Part shown: one piece after another, positions 47,088 to 56,195 of the stretch
Numbering within the stretch: the first letter of the stretch is position 1
How the letters are laid out: each line of letters begins with the position of its first letter
DNA from: Thermoplasmata archaeon
GTDB lineage: Archaea; Thermoplasmatota; Thermoplasmata; Lutacidiplasmatales; UBA184
Assembly: GCA_050011355.1 (NCBI GenBank)
Contig: JBEKJG010000004.1
Location: forward strand, 2,508-66,507
Reading direction: 5' to 3'
Length of the DNA stretch: 64,000 nt
Notes under the pieces: generated by a model
The model's database searches: none
What the model was told of the DNA's origin: nothing
What the model saw: the letters and a program-made list of their open reading frames with translations, nothing else
Made by a program: the position numbers and the translations under genes

Positions 47088-48086
47088 ATGCCCCCACCGC
47101 GTTTCGGCACGTTCTCGATCGTCGCCTGCGACCCCAGCGACGGCACCTGCGGGGTCGCGGTCCAGTCGAAGTTCATCTCCGTGGGCGCCGTCGTCCCCTG
47201 GGCCGAATCCGGGGTCGGCGCCGTCGCCACCCAGGCCGCCTCGAACCCCGCGTGGGGCCCCGAGGGCCTCGCCCTGCTGAAGCAGGGCCTGAACGCGGAC
47301 GAGGTCGTGCGCCGGCTCGTCGAGGCCGACCCCGGCCGGGACGAGCGCCAGCTCGGGGTCGTGGACGCGCGCGGCCGGGCGGCGGCGTTCACCGGCCCGA
47401 AGTGCATGAACTGGGCCGGCCAGTCCGTCGGCGACGGCTACGCCTGCCAGGGGAACATCCTGTTCGGGCCGGCGGTCGTCCGGGCGATGGCCCGGGCCTA
47501 CGAGACGACCGGGGGCGATATCGCCGACCGGCTGCTGGCGGCACTGTTCGCCGGACAGCGCGAGGGCGGGGACCGTCGGGGACAGCAGTCCGCCGCGCTC
47601 CTCGTCAGCAAGAAGGGCGCGGGCTACGGCGAGAGCAACCGGTGGATCGACGTCCGGGTCGACGACCACCCCTCCCCGATCGAGGAGCTGCGCCGCGTCT
47701 TCCGGCTCTACGACCTCACGCTCCTGAACCGGGAGGACCCGAAATCGCTCGTCCCCATCGCGGGAGACGTGGCGCTCGGACTGCAGCACGACCTCTCCGT
47801 GCTCGGCTACTACACCGGCCGCCTCAACGGCCGGTGGGACGCGGCGAGCAAGACCGCCTTCGTCCGGTTCGTGGGCGAGCACAACTTCGAGAACAAGCAG
47901 ACGCAGGAGGACGCGATCTGGCCGACGGTCCTCGCGTACCTGAAGGAGCGGTCGGACGCCGAGGTCGCCCGGCGCACCACGACCGCCCCGATCGTCCCCG
48001 ACGCGCTCAGTCGCGGGCCGGGAGCCCAGCCGAAGGGGGGAGCACCATCGGCGAACCGGTCGAAGAGATCCCCGGCGTCGAAGTAA
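47088..48086 (+). CDS. DUF1028 Ntn-hydrolase-like protein with C-terminal peptidoglycan-binding-like domain
   Basis: TFSIVA, GVGAVATQA, QGNIL, GGDRRGQQSAAL, VDDHPSPIEEL, LGYY.G..NG.WD. Confidence 0.88.
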   Translation: MPPPRFGTFSIVACDPSDGTCGVAVQSKFISVGAVVPWAESGVGAVATQAASNPAWGPEGLALLKQGLNADEVVRRLVEADPGRDERQLGVVDARGRAAAFTGPKCMNWAGQSVGDGYACQGNILFGPAVVRAMARAYETTGGDIADRLLAALFAGQREGGDRRGQQSAALLVSKKGAGYGESNRWIDVRVDDHPSPIEELRRVFRLYDLTLLNREDPKSLVPIAGDVALGLQHDLSVLGYYTGRLNGRWDAASKTAFVRFVGEHNFENKQTQEDAIWPTVLAYLKERSDAEVARRTTTAPIVPDALSRGPGAQPKGGAPSANRSKRSPASK

Positions 48087-48313
48087 CGGTCGTCGCGCGA
48101 CGCGCGTGCGCCGACGCGGCGAGCGCCGAGCGTCTCCGGCGCGCGATCGTCGCCGACTGCCCGGAGTTCGTGCAGCTCGAGGTCGACGGGGCGGAGCTGG
48201 TCGTCCGCACGAAGGCCCCGTCGGCGCGCAGCGCGCGGGCGACGCTGGAGGACCTGCTCGCCTGCGTGCAGGTGGCAGAGCGGGCCGGCCGTCCGCCAGA
48301 GAGCCCTAAGTAG
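48083..48313 (+). CDS. KEOPS subunit Pcc1-like small protein (start codon non-canonical or uncertain)
   Basis: A..LRRAI.AD...LEVDG.ELVVR..A.S..SARATLEDLL.C..VAE resembles Pcc1. Confidence 0.55.
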   Translation, partial: VTVVARRACADAASAERLRRAIVADCPEFVQLEVDGAELVVRTKAPSARSARATLEDLLACVQVAERAGRPPESPK

Positions 48314-48334
48314 CGCGGCCGGGTCGGTCGGCCG

Positions 48335-49177
48335 ATGGAGCCGCCGCCCCCGGTGGACGCGCCGGTCGCGCCCCCGCCCTCCCGGGCGTCGACCGCACGG
48401 TACTTCGTCGGGGTCGCGATCACGGTCTTCGCGGTTCTCAGCCAGTACTTCCTTCCCCAGGCGGTCCCCGCGCTCCGACCGATCTACGGTACCCTGGTCG
48501 GCGACCTCGCCGTGGTCTACGGGATCCCCGTCCTCGCCTTTCTCCTCCTGGTCGGCCTCGGCCCGCTCCGGCACTGGGCGGACCGGATGGGGCTCGCCAC
48601 CGTCGAAGGGCTCCGCTGGTACGGCCTCCTCTCGCTCCTGGGGCTCGCCATCGTGCTCGTCCTCGCGGTGGTCTACACCGCGCTCGACCCGGGGGCGCTC
48701 CAGCTCCTCAACCGCCCGAACCCCGCCCTCCAGCAGGCGGTCGGGAACCCGTGGCTCTACGTCGCCCTCTCCTTCGTCGTCGGCGCCTTCGAGGAGACGA
48801 TCTTCCGCGGCTGGATCTTCGGGTTCTGGCGCGACCACCCGGGGTCCTGGATCGTCCCGGCGGTCTGGACGAGCGTGCTGTTCGCGGGCGTCCACCTCTA
48901 CTACGCCACGACCTACGGACTCGCGGCGCCGCTGATCTTCCCCTCGCTCTTCCTGCTCGGGTTCGCCTTCGCGGCGACCTACCGGGCGTCCGGAGGGAAC
49001 CTGGTCGTCGTGGCGCTGCTGCACGGGGCGAACGACGCGACCGCGTTCCTGACCCTGGTGAATCCCGCCCTCGGAGACGGGCTCCACTACCTCGTGATCC
49101 TCGTGGGTGCCGCGATCGGCCTGTACCTCTATCTCCGGCCCACCACGCCCACGCCGCCGACGGTCCTCCCGGCCTGA
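48335..49177 (+). CDS. CPBP (CAAX/Abi) intramembrane metalloprotease
   Basis: EETIFRG, FAGVH, LHGAND. Confidence 0.9.
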   Translation: MEPPPPVDAPVAPPPSRASTARYFVGVAITVFAVLSQYFLPQAVPALRPIYGTLVGDLAVVYGIPVLAFLLLVGLGPLRHWADRMGLATVEGLRWYGLLSLLGLAIVLVLAVVYTALDPGALQLLNRPNPALQQAVGNPWLYVALSFVVGAFEETIFRGWIFGFWRDHPGSWIVPAVWTSVLFAGVHLYYATTYGLAAPLIFPSLFLLGFAFAATYRASGGNLVVVALLHGANDATAFLTLVNPALGDGLHYLVILVGAAIGLYLYLRPTTPTPPTVLPA

Positions 49178-49206
49178 ACGACCCCGGGAGGGGCGGAGCC
49201 GGTGAC

Positions 49207-49593
49207 CTACGGAGTAGGGGAGCGGATCAGTTCCACCCAGATCCCGTCCGGCCCTTCGTAGAAGGCCGCCTCGAGCGTCCCGCCTTCCCGTTCCTCGAAG
49301 AGGCGTTTCGCGCCCGCTGCCCGCAGCCGTCGGGCGGCCGCGGCGACGTTCGAGACCCGCAACCCGAGGTGGTCGAGCCCCTCGCCGGGAGTGTACGGGG
49401 TGGCGTACTTCGAACCGGTGGGGTACCAGTTGAGCTCGATCTGCTGGTGCGAGACCGGGTCCTGGAGGAGCACCCAGATGCCGCCGTGGGACATCGTCCC
49501 CCGGCGCATCTCTCCGAGGCCGAGCCCTTGGGTGAAGAAGCGGAGGGCCTTCGTGAGATTGGTCACCCGGATCCCGACGTAGTCGACGTACAT
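49207..49593 (-). CDS. VOC/glyoxalase-family protein
   Basis: GIRVTNL...FF..GLG, IELNWY, LDHLG, GPDGIWVEL. Confidence 0.88.
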   Translation of the reverse strand: MYVDYVGIRVTNLTKALRFFTQGLGLGEMRRGTMSHGGIWVLLQDPVSHQQIELNWYPTGSKYATPYTPGEGLDHLGLRVSNVAAAARRLRAAGAKRLFEEREGGTLEAAFYEGPDGIWVELIRSPTP

Positions 49594-49681
49594 GGGGGAC
49601 CGAACGCCCGGAAGGCTCGATAATGCTTAGGGAGCAGGTTCGCCCGCTAGCATCTTGTAACGGGTCTGTGTGGCCCCGCCG

Positions 49682-50116
49682 ATGAACCCACCGGAGGATG
49701 TGCTGCGAGGCATCATCGCCCGCGCCCGGACGATCGCGATCGTCGGGCTGTCCGACAAGCCGACCCGGGACTCGAACGAGGCCGGCCGCTACCTCCAGGG
49801 ACAGGGCTATCGCATCGTACCGGTGAACCCGCTCGTGACCGAGGTGCTCGGCGAGCGCTCCTACCCCAGCGTCGCGGCGATCCCGGCGGGCGTTCCGGTG
49901 GACGTCGTGGACATCTACCGACGTCCGGAGGAGGTCCCCGCGATCATGGACGACTCCATCGGGCGGAAGGTCCCCGTCGTCTGGATGCAGCTCGGCATTT
50001 CGAACCCCGAAGCGGCCGACCGGGGCCGCGCGGCCGGCCTGACGGTGGTCGAGGACCTCTGCCTCATGAGCCAACACCGCCGGATGGGGATCGGGCCCGT
50101 GGGGAACCGCACGTGA
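49682..50116 (+). CDS. CoA-binding protein (YccU-like)
   Basis: IAIVGLSDKP.RDS, PVNP, VVWMQLG, VVEDLC. Confidence 0.9.
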   Translation: MNPPEDVLRGIIARARTIAIVGLSDKPTRDSNEAGRYLQGQGYRIVPVNPLVTEVLGERSYPSVAAIPAGVPVDVVDIYRRPEEVPAIMDDSIGRKVPVVWMQLGISNPEAADRGRAAGLTVVEDLCLMSQHRRMGIGPVGNRT

Positions 50117-51006
50117 CCGACCCGTCGGCGGTCCCTCCACCGCCCTCCTCTCCGCCCGTTCCCGCGCCCGCAAACCCTCCCGCCTCCGCCGCTCCCCCGC
50201 CCCCCAAACCCGCGGTGTCCACCCCCTCGAGTACCGCGGCCAAGCCCGCCGCGGCCACTCCTCCCGTTCGGCCGCCTCGTTCCGGCGCGCTCGACGACCG
50301 CGGGGTCCGACGCCGGGAGGCGGTCCACGCGCTCCGGTGGACGGTCGACGGGAGCGTCAAGGTCACCGGCGAGGTCGACGTCGGGAGCGCCGCGATCACG
50401 GGGACGCTCGCGGTCGGCGGCGCGATCCTTGCCGACTCGCTCATAAGCCGAGGCACGCTCGATGCCGGCGGGACGGTCTCCGTGGGGGGAACTCTGTCCA
50501 CCGACGGGAGGTTCCATGCGGTCGGACCCGTGACGGCCCAGAGCGGGTCGTTCTTCGGGGTGACGCGCATCGGCCGGGCGGTCACGGTCGACCGGTCGCT
50601 GACGGTCCATGGGCAGTTCGCCGCACCGTCCGTTCGCGTCAACGAGTTCCGGGGAGACGGCGCGGTCGAGATCCCCGGAGACACGGAGGCCGTCACGGTG
50701 GACGTGCGGATCCGCCGCGACAGCCGGTTCGGCACGATCCGTGCCCACACCGTGCGGCTGATCCGCGTTCCGCCCAACCCGATCGAATGGGTCTTCGGGC
50801 GTTCGCCGCCGACGCCGGTGGCCCGGATCGAGGCGGACAAGGTCGAGCTCGAAGGGGTCGACGTCGCGTTCGTGCGGTCCCCGGAGGTCATCCTCGGGCG
50901 GGACGCGCACGTGACCGAGGTCGAGGGCACCGTCGTCCGGCGCCATTCCACGGCACGGGTCGGGCCGCGTTCGAAGAGCCCGGCGCCGTACGGCCTCTCG
51001 CGCTAG
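50113..51006 (+). CDS. Bactofilin-like beta-helical protein with Pro-rich N-terminus
   Basis: Repeating V.G.(V/L).V.G pattern and C-terminal IEADKVELEG.....VRS.EV.LG....V..VE. Confidence 0.6.
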   Translation: MTDPSAVPPPPSSPPVPAPANPPASAAPPPPKPAVSTPSSTAAKPAAATPPVRPPRSGALDDRGVRRREAVHALRWTVDGSVKVTGEVDVGSAAITGTLAVGGAILADSLISRGTLDAGGTVSVGGTLSTDGRFHAVGPVTAQSGSFFGVTRIGRAVTVDRSLTVHGQFAAPSVRVNEFRGDGAVEIPGDTEAVTVDVRIRRDSRFGTIRAHTVRLIRVPPNPIEWVFGRSPPTPVARIEADKVELEGVDVAFVRSPEVILGRDAHVTEVEGTVVRRHSTARVGPRSKSPAPYGLSR

Positions 51007-51056
51007 CCGCTCCGGCCGGCCTGCTTTTATCCCCCGGAGACGCGTCCGAGCGTTCC

Positions 51057-54020
51057 ATGTCGCCCGAGGAGACCGGCTCGGGCGCCCCTCCCGCGCGGTC
51101 GATCCAGGAGCGGGTGCTCGACTACTGGACCCGGACCGGAGTCGTGGCCCGGGCATTGGAGGTCCCGGCCTCAGGTCCGCTGTTCCGCTTCACCGAGGGC
51201 CCTCCGACCGCCAACGGCGCCCCCCACCTCGGCCACCTGGTCGCCCGGCTGTTCAAGGACCTCCAGCTGCGCTACCACCGGATGCGGGGCGACCGGATCG
51301 TCTCGATGATGGCCGGTTGGGATTGCCACGGGCTGCCGGTCGAGCTCGAGATCGAGAAGCGTCACGGGCTCAAGTCGAAGAAGGAGATCGAGACCTACGG
51401 GGTCGAGAAGTTCTGCGAGGAGTGCCGGGTCGGCACGCTTGCGGTCGCGGACGTCTGGCGGGAGATGAGCGGTCGGCTCGGATACTGGCTCGACTACGAC
51501 CACGCGTACCGGACGATGGACGCCCCGTACATCGAGAGCGTCTGGTGGTCCCTGAAGACCCTCTTCGACCGGGGACTCCTCGAGAAGGGCCACTACGTCC
51601 TCCCGTACTGCCCCCGGTGCGAGACGCCCCTCGCCTCCCACGAGGTCGCGCAGGGTCACCGGGAAGCGACCGACCCCTCCGTCACCGTCCGGTTCCCGCT
51701 CGCCGACGCCGCCCGACCGCGGGACCTCCTTGTCTGGACCACGACGCCGTGGACCCTGCCCGCGAACCTCCTGGTCGCGGTCCGGGCCGACCTCGAGTAT
51801 TCGGTCGTGGCGGACGACGAAGGACAGGAGTTCGTCCTCGCGTCCGCCACGCTGGCGCGGTACTTCCCCGGCGACCCGCGGATCGTCGAGCGGGTCCTCG
51901 GTCGGGAGTTGGCAGGGAAGATGTATGCCCCCCCGTTCGACTCGGCCGGTCCGGGCCCGGGCCGCTACCGGATCGTCCTGGACGACTTCGTCACTGCGGA
52001 CGAAGGCACGGGCCTCGTCCACGTCGCGCCCAGCTTCGGACCGGACGACCAGCGGGTCGGCGCCCGGGAGCAGGTCGGGGTCTTCGACCCGCTGGACGGT
52101 CGGGGCGTCTTCGGGGACGCCGTCCCCCAGGTCCGCGGGAAGTTCTTCAAGACCGCCGACCCGATCCTGATGAAGGACCTCGCGGCGCGGGGACGGCTGT
52201 TCCGGGCCGAGACGGTCCGCCACACCTACCCGTTCTGCTGGCGATGCGACACCCCGCTCCTCTACCGCGCCATCGACTCCTGGTTCGTCCGAACCTCGCG
52301 GTTCACCGACGCGCTCGTGGAGAACAACGCGACCGTCCAGTGGATCCCCGCCCACCTGCGGGACGGGCGGTTCGGGAACTTCCTCACCGAGGCGAAGGAC
52401 TGGGCCGTCTCCCGGAACCGGTACTGGGGGACCCCGCTCCCGATCTGGATGTGTCCCGAGCGCCACGCGACCTGCGTCGGCAGCTTCGCCGAGCTGGCCT
52501 CGTTGAACGGGAGTCCGCTGCCCGAGCCGTTCGACCCGCACCGCGTGCAGGCGGACCGGATCGTGTTCCCCTGCCCCCACTGCGGGCAGCTGTCCCGGCG
52601 CGAACCGTACACGATCGACGCGTGGTACGACAGCGGCTCGGCGCCGTTCGCCCAGTTCCACCACCCGTTCGAACCGAGCGACTTCGACCCCCAAGCCCCG
52701 CTCGACCACGTGGCCGAGGGGCTCGACCAGACCCGCGGCTGGTTCTACACGATGCTGGTCCTGTCGACCGCCCTCTTCGGTCGGCCCGCGTACCGGTCCT
52801 CCCTGACGACCGGCATGGTCCTCGACGAGAGCGGGCGGAAGATGTCGAAGTCCAAGGGGAACGTCCTCGAACCGATCCCGCTCCTCGAGCGCCTCGGCGC
52901 CGACCCGGTGCGGTGGACGTTCCTCACGGTCGACTTCACCGAGCCGATGCGGATCGGGGAGGCGACGATCCAGAAGTCGGCCGGCCGCACGCTCGGCACG
53001 CTCGCGAACCTGGTCGTGTTCCACCGGGAGAACGCGCACGCCGACCACCTCCCGCCGGCCCGCGCCCGCCCGACGCCCCCCTCGGTGCTCGACCGCTGGG
53101 CCCTTTCCCGCCTCGAGGCGACCCGCGGCCTCGTCACCGCATCGCTCGACTCGTTCGACCCCCGCCCTGCCGCGCTGGCCGTTCGAGAACTGGTCGACGA
53201 CCTGTCGACGTGGTACGTCCGTCGCTCGAGGCCCCGGTTCTGGGGCGCGACCACTCCGGAGGATCGGCGGGCCGCCCACGACACCCTCTCCTACTCACTA
53301 CTCGGACTGGCTCGCGTCGTCGCGCCCCTCCTCCCCTTCACGGCCGAATGGATCCACCACGAGGTCGGGGAATGCGGATTCACCTCCCGGGACGACTCCG
53401 TCCATCTCGGACGGTGGCCCACCGAGCTCGCCGCCCGCGACCCTGCCCTCGAGGAGGGGATGGCCGAGCTTCGGGGCCTCGTGGAGGTGGGGCGGGAGTT
53501 GCGTCAGCGGGCCGAGGTCAAGGCCCGGATCCCGCTCACGGAGTTCGTCGTCTTCGGCCCTCCCTCGAGTGCCCTCGCGAGCCTCGGCGCGGAGGGCGAG
53601 CGGCTGCTGGTCGAGGAGTTGAACGTGAAATCGCTCCGCCGGGTCCCGGAGATCGACCGGTCCCCGTTCCCCGAATCCGACTGGGTCCTGCGGGAGGAGA
53701 ACGGAGCGGTCGTCGCGGCGCTCCCCCGGCAGCCGACGCCCGAGCTCCGCTCGGAAGGGTTGTTCCGCGAGGTCGCGCGCCGCCTCCAGCAGACCCGCAA
53801 GGACCTCGGGTTGCGCCCGACCGACCACGTCGAGCTCTCGTTCGCGGCGACCGGCGAGCTGTTCGCCGCGGTGGCGGCCCGCTCGGAGACCCTCGCCCGG
53901 GAACTGCTCGCGGACCGCGTCGACCTCGTGGACGGGACGCTCCCGCCGGGCGAGGAGGTTCGCCAGTGGGACCTGGACGGTCTCGCGTTCAGTGCGCGGC
54001 TCGTGCGACGGGCGGCGTGA
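51057..54020 (+). CDS. ileS: Isoleucine--tRNA ligase (archaeal/type 2)
   Basis: EGPPTANG.PHLGH, GWDCHGLP, WTTTPWTL, SRNRYWG, EGLDQTRGWF, KMSKS. Confidence 0.96.
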   Translation: MSPEETGSGAPPARSIQERVLDYWTRTGVVARALEVPASGPLFRFTEGPPTANGAPHLGHLVARLFKDLQLRYHRMRGDRIVSMMAGWDCHGLPVELEIEKRHGLKSKKEIETYGVEKFCEECRVGTLAVADVWREMSGRLGYWLDYDHAYRTMDAPYIESVWWSLKTLFDRGLLEKGHYVLPYCPRCETPLASHEVAQGHREATDPSVTVRFPLADAARPRDLLVWTTTPWTLPANLLVAVRADLEYSVVADDEGQEFVLASATLARYFPGDPRIVERVLGRELAGKMYAPPFDSAGPGPGRYRIVLDDFVTADEGTGLVHVAPSFGPDDQRVGAREQVGVFDPLDGRGVFGDAVPQVRGKFFKTADPILMKDLAARGRLFRAETVRHTYPFCWRCDTPLLYRAIDSWFVRTSRFTDALVENNATVQWIPAHLRDGRFGNFLTEAKDWAVSRNRYWGTPLPIWMCPERHATCVGSFAELASLNGSPLPEPFDPHRVQADRIVFPCPHCGQLSRREPYTIDAWYDSGSAPFAQFHHPFEPSDFDPQAPLDHVAEGLDQTRGWFYTMLVLSTALFGRPAYRSSLTTGMVLDESGRKMSKSKGNVLEPIPLLERLGADPVRWTFLTVDFTEPMRIGEATIQKSAGRTLGTLANLVVFHRENAHADHLPPARARPTPPSVLDRWALSRLEATRGLVTASLDSFDPRPAALAVRELVDDLSTWYVRRSRPRFWGATTPEDRRAAHDTLSYSLLGLARVVAPLLPFTAEWIHHEVGECGFTSRDDSVHLGRWPTELAARDPALEEGMAELRGLVEVGRELRQRAEVKARIPLTEFVVFGPPSSALASLGAEGERLLVEELNVKSLRRVPEIDRSPFPESDWVLREENGAVVAALPRQPTPELRSEGLFREVARRLQQTRKDLGLRPTDHVELSFAATGELFAAVAARSETLARELLADRVDLVDGTLPPGEEVRQWDLDGLAFSARLVRRAA

Positions 54021-54636
54021 GTCCGGTCGGCTCCCGGGCGACCGGTCCGTTCGGCCGCTGTTCGGCGAAGACCTCCGCCTCGAACCGGCGGATCCGCACC
54101 CTCCGGTCGCGCCAGGCGTCCGGCGGCAGGCCGGCCTTCTCGCAGGTCCCCTCGAGCAACTGCTCGGCGTCCCACCCCTGCTCGGTCGCGACCTGCGGGA
54201 GGAGGAGCCCGTTGCGTCCGCGGCCCTCGACGATGAGCCCGTCCCGGCCGGGGCGGATCTCGCCGACCAGGGTCTCGGGGGTGCCCGACGTCAGGGTCTG
54301 GGGCAGCGTGAGGACCGACACCTCGACCGCGAGGTGGTCCATCTCCTCCCGTTCGACCGGGGGGAAGCGGGGGTCCTCGGTCGCGGCGGCGAGCGCGACG
54401 TCGCGGATCGCTTCGCCGAGGGCGAGGAGCGGCAGGGGGTAGCCGATGCACCCCCGGAGCTCGCCGTCGGGGTAGTGCTTCAGGGTCACGAAGACGCCGC
54501 GGGGTTCCCCGAAGACGCGGGGGAGGGTGTCCTCCTCCGGGGCCGGAAGTCCGCGGGGGCGACCCACGTCCAGCGACCGCTCGATGGCAATCCGGGCCAG
54601 GTGGACCGCCCGTTCTCCATCCGCTGCAGACAGCAT
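53989..54636 (-). CDS. AMMECR1-domain protein
   Basis: GVFVTL, LRGCIG, DPRF, GLLLPQV, CEKAGL. Confidence 0.93.
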   Translation of the reverse strand: MLSAADGERAVHLARIAIERSLDVGRPRGLPAPEEDTLPRVFGEPRGVFVTLKHYPDGELRGCIGYPLPLLALGEAIRDVALAAATEDPRFPPVEREEMDHLAVEVSVLTLPQTLTSGTPETLVGEIRPGRDGLIVEGRGRNGLLLPQVATEQGWDAEQLLEGTCEKAGLPPDAWRDRRVRIRRFEAEVFAEQRPNGPVAREPTGLTPPVARAAH

Positions 54637-54720
54637 GGCCCCCCCAGGCCTCACGGGCGGAAAGCCGCATCGCGGGCCCCCGGCCCCGTTTTATAGCCGA
54701 GGGAGGGTCACCGCCGTCCC

Positions 54721-54873
54721 ATGCCGTTCCCCGAAGCGGTCGAGCGACTGCTCAACAAGAAAATATGCATGAACTGCTCGGCCCGGAACCCGCCCAAAGC
54801 GGTCCAGTGCCGGCGGTGCGGCTACCACGGGCTCCGCGTGAAGTCGCGCGAGCGGTCCGGCAAGACCGCGTAG
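54721..54873 (+). CDS. rpl40e: 50S ribosomal protein L40e
   Basis: [48 protein letters not shown] box upstream. Confidence 0.95.
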   Translation: MPFPEAVERLLNKKICMNCSARNPPKAVQCRRCGYHGLRVKSRERSGKTA

Positions 54874-54883
54874 TCGGCGACTT

Positions 54884-55678
54884 CTACGCGGGCGGTGCGC
54901 CCGTCTCCGCGTCCCGCGCGAAGGGGGTCGGCGCCCCGACCTTCAGCTCCCGGGCGACCGCGAGCCGCTTGGAGAACAGGAAGAGCAGGTTGTTGAGACC
55001 GTCCCGCCACGTCGACAGTTTCGGCGAGCCCCAGCGCTCGCCGTAGTGGATCGGCACCTCGACGACGCGCAGGCCCCGGAGCACCGCCTCGATCTTCAGC
55101 TCCTCGCTGAATGCCATCCCGTCCTGGGTGAGGGCGACCCGGTCGAGGACCGAACGGCGGAACACCCAGAACCCGGATTGGCTGTCGAGGATCGTCCGGG
55201 ACGGCATGTCGTGCAGGTAGTGGTGGTAGGCGAGCCGGAGGAAGTTGTTGAGCAGCCGGTTCCCGATCTGGTGCTCGGTCGTCATCGCCCGCCGGTCGAG
55301 GAACGCCATGCGGTTCCCGGTCAGGAAGTCGAGGTGCTCGTCCAGCAGCTGCCGGACGAACCGCGGGATCTCCTCCACGGGGTAGGTCCCGTCCCCGTCG
55401 GCGGTGGCGATGATGTCGCCGGTCGCGGCGGCGAATCCGGTCTTGTAGGCGCGCCCGTACCCCCGGCGCCGTTCCACCAGGACCCGGGCCCCCTCGCGGG
55501 TGGCCTCCTCGGCGGTCCCGTCGGTCGAGGCGCCGTCCACGACCAGGACCTCCCATTCGAGCGGGTCGCCCGCGAACTCCGTCCGGTTCGCGGCGTCCGC
55601 CGCGGCCCGGAACGTCCGGACGACCCCCCCGATCGACCCCGACTCGTTGAGGGTCGGGATGACGAGGGAGGCGCGCAT
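54884..55678 (-). CDS. GT2 glycosyltransferase (DPM1/AglJ-like)
   Basis: VIPTLNE, VVDGASTDGT, GYGRA, DGDGTY, DSQSG. Confidence 0.9.
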   Translation of the reverse strand: MRASLVIPTLNESGSIGGVVRTFRAAADAANRTEFAGDPLEWEVLVVDGASTDGTAEEATREGARVLVERRRGYGRAYKTGFAAATGDIIATADGDGTYPVEEIPRFVRQLLDEHLDFLTGNRMAFLDRRAMTTEHQIGNRLLNNFLRLAYHHYLHDMPSRTILDSQSGFWVFRRSVLDRVALTQDGMAFSEELKIEAVLRGLRVVEVPIHYGERWGSPKLSTWRDGLNNLLFLFSKRLAVARELKVGAPTPFARDAETGAPPA

Positions 55679-55732
55679 CGGGGGCCAAGGGGTGGAACAC
55701 CCCTTTAACCCCTCCCCGCCCATCCGCGCGCC

Positions 55733-56179
55733 ACGTCGCCTCGAGCGGCCGCCGCTCCCCGCCGCCGCCGATGGGGAAGCTTTCCGACGACCGCGGACGT
55801 CGGCGTCTGGGCCCGCGGGCCGGATGCCGCGTCACTGCTGGAGGGGCTCGGGCTCGGCCTGTTCGCCCTGATGACCGACCTGAGGAACGTCCGGCCCCGG
55901 GAAGTGCGGGCGGTGAGCGCGTCGGGGGACGATCCCGAGAGCCTCGTCGTCGCCTACCTCACGCAGCTCCTCCAGGTCCACGAGCCCGACGGCTTCCTCG
56001 CGCGCCGGATCGAGGTCCGGCCCCTCGGGTCCCCGCCGACCGCGCTCGTGGCGAGCCTCCAGGGCGAGACGTTCGACCCCGAGCGGCACACGGTCCGGAC
56101 CGAGGTGAAGGCGGTGACCCTTCACCACCTCGTCTTCGATGCGCGGGCCGGGCGCGCCCGGGTGATCGTCGACATCTAG
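55733..56179 (+). CDS. Archease (start proposed at ACG 55733)
   Basis: In-frame upstream of the tracked ORF: WGSFPTTADVG. C-terminus EVKAVTLH...VIVDI. Confidence 0.85.
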   Translation, partial: TSPRAAAAPRRRRWGSFPTTADVGVWARGPDAASLLEGLGLGLFALMTDLRNVRPREVRAVSASGDDPESLVVAYLTQLLQVHEPDGFLARRIEVRPLGSPPTALVASLQGETFDPERHTVRTEVKAVTLHHLVFDARAGRARVIVDI

Positions 56180-56195
56180 CCGGGGGCGGCCCGCG

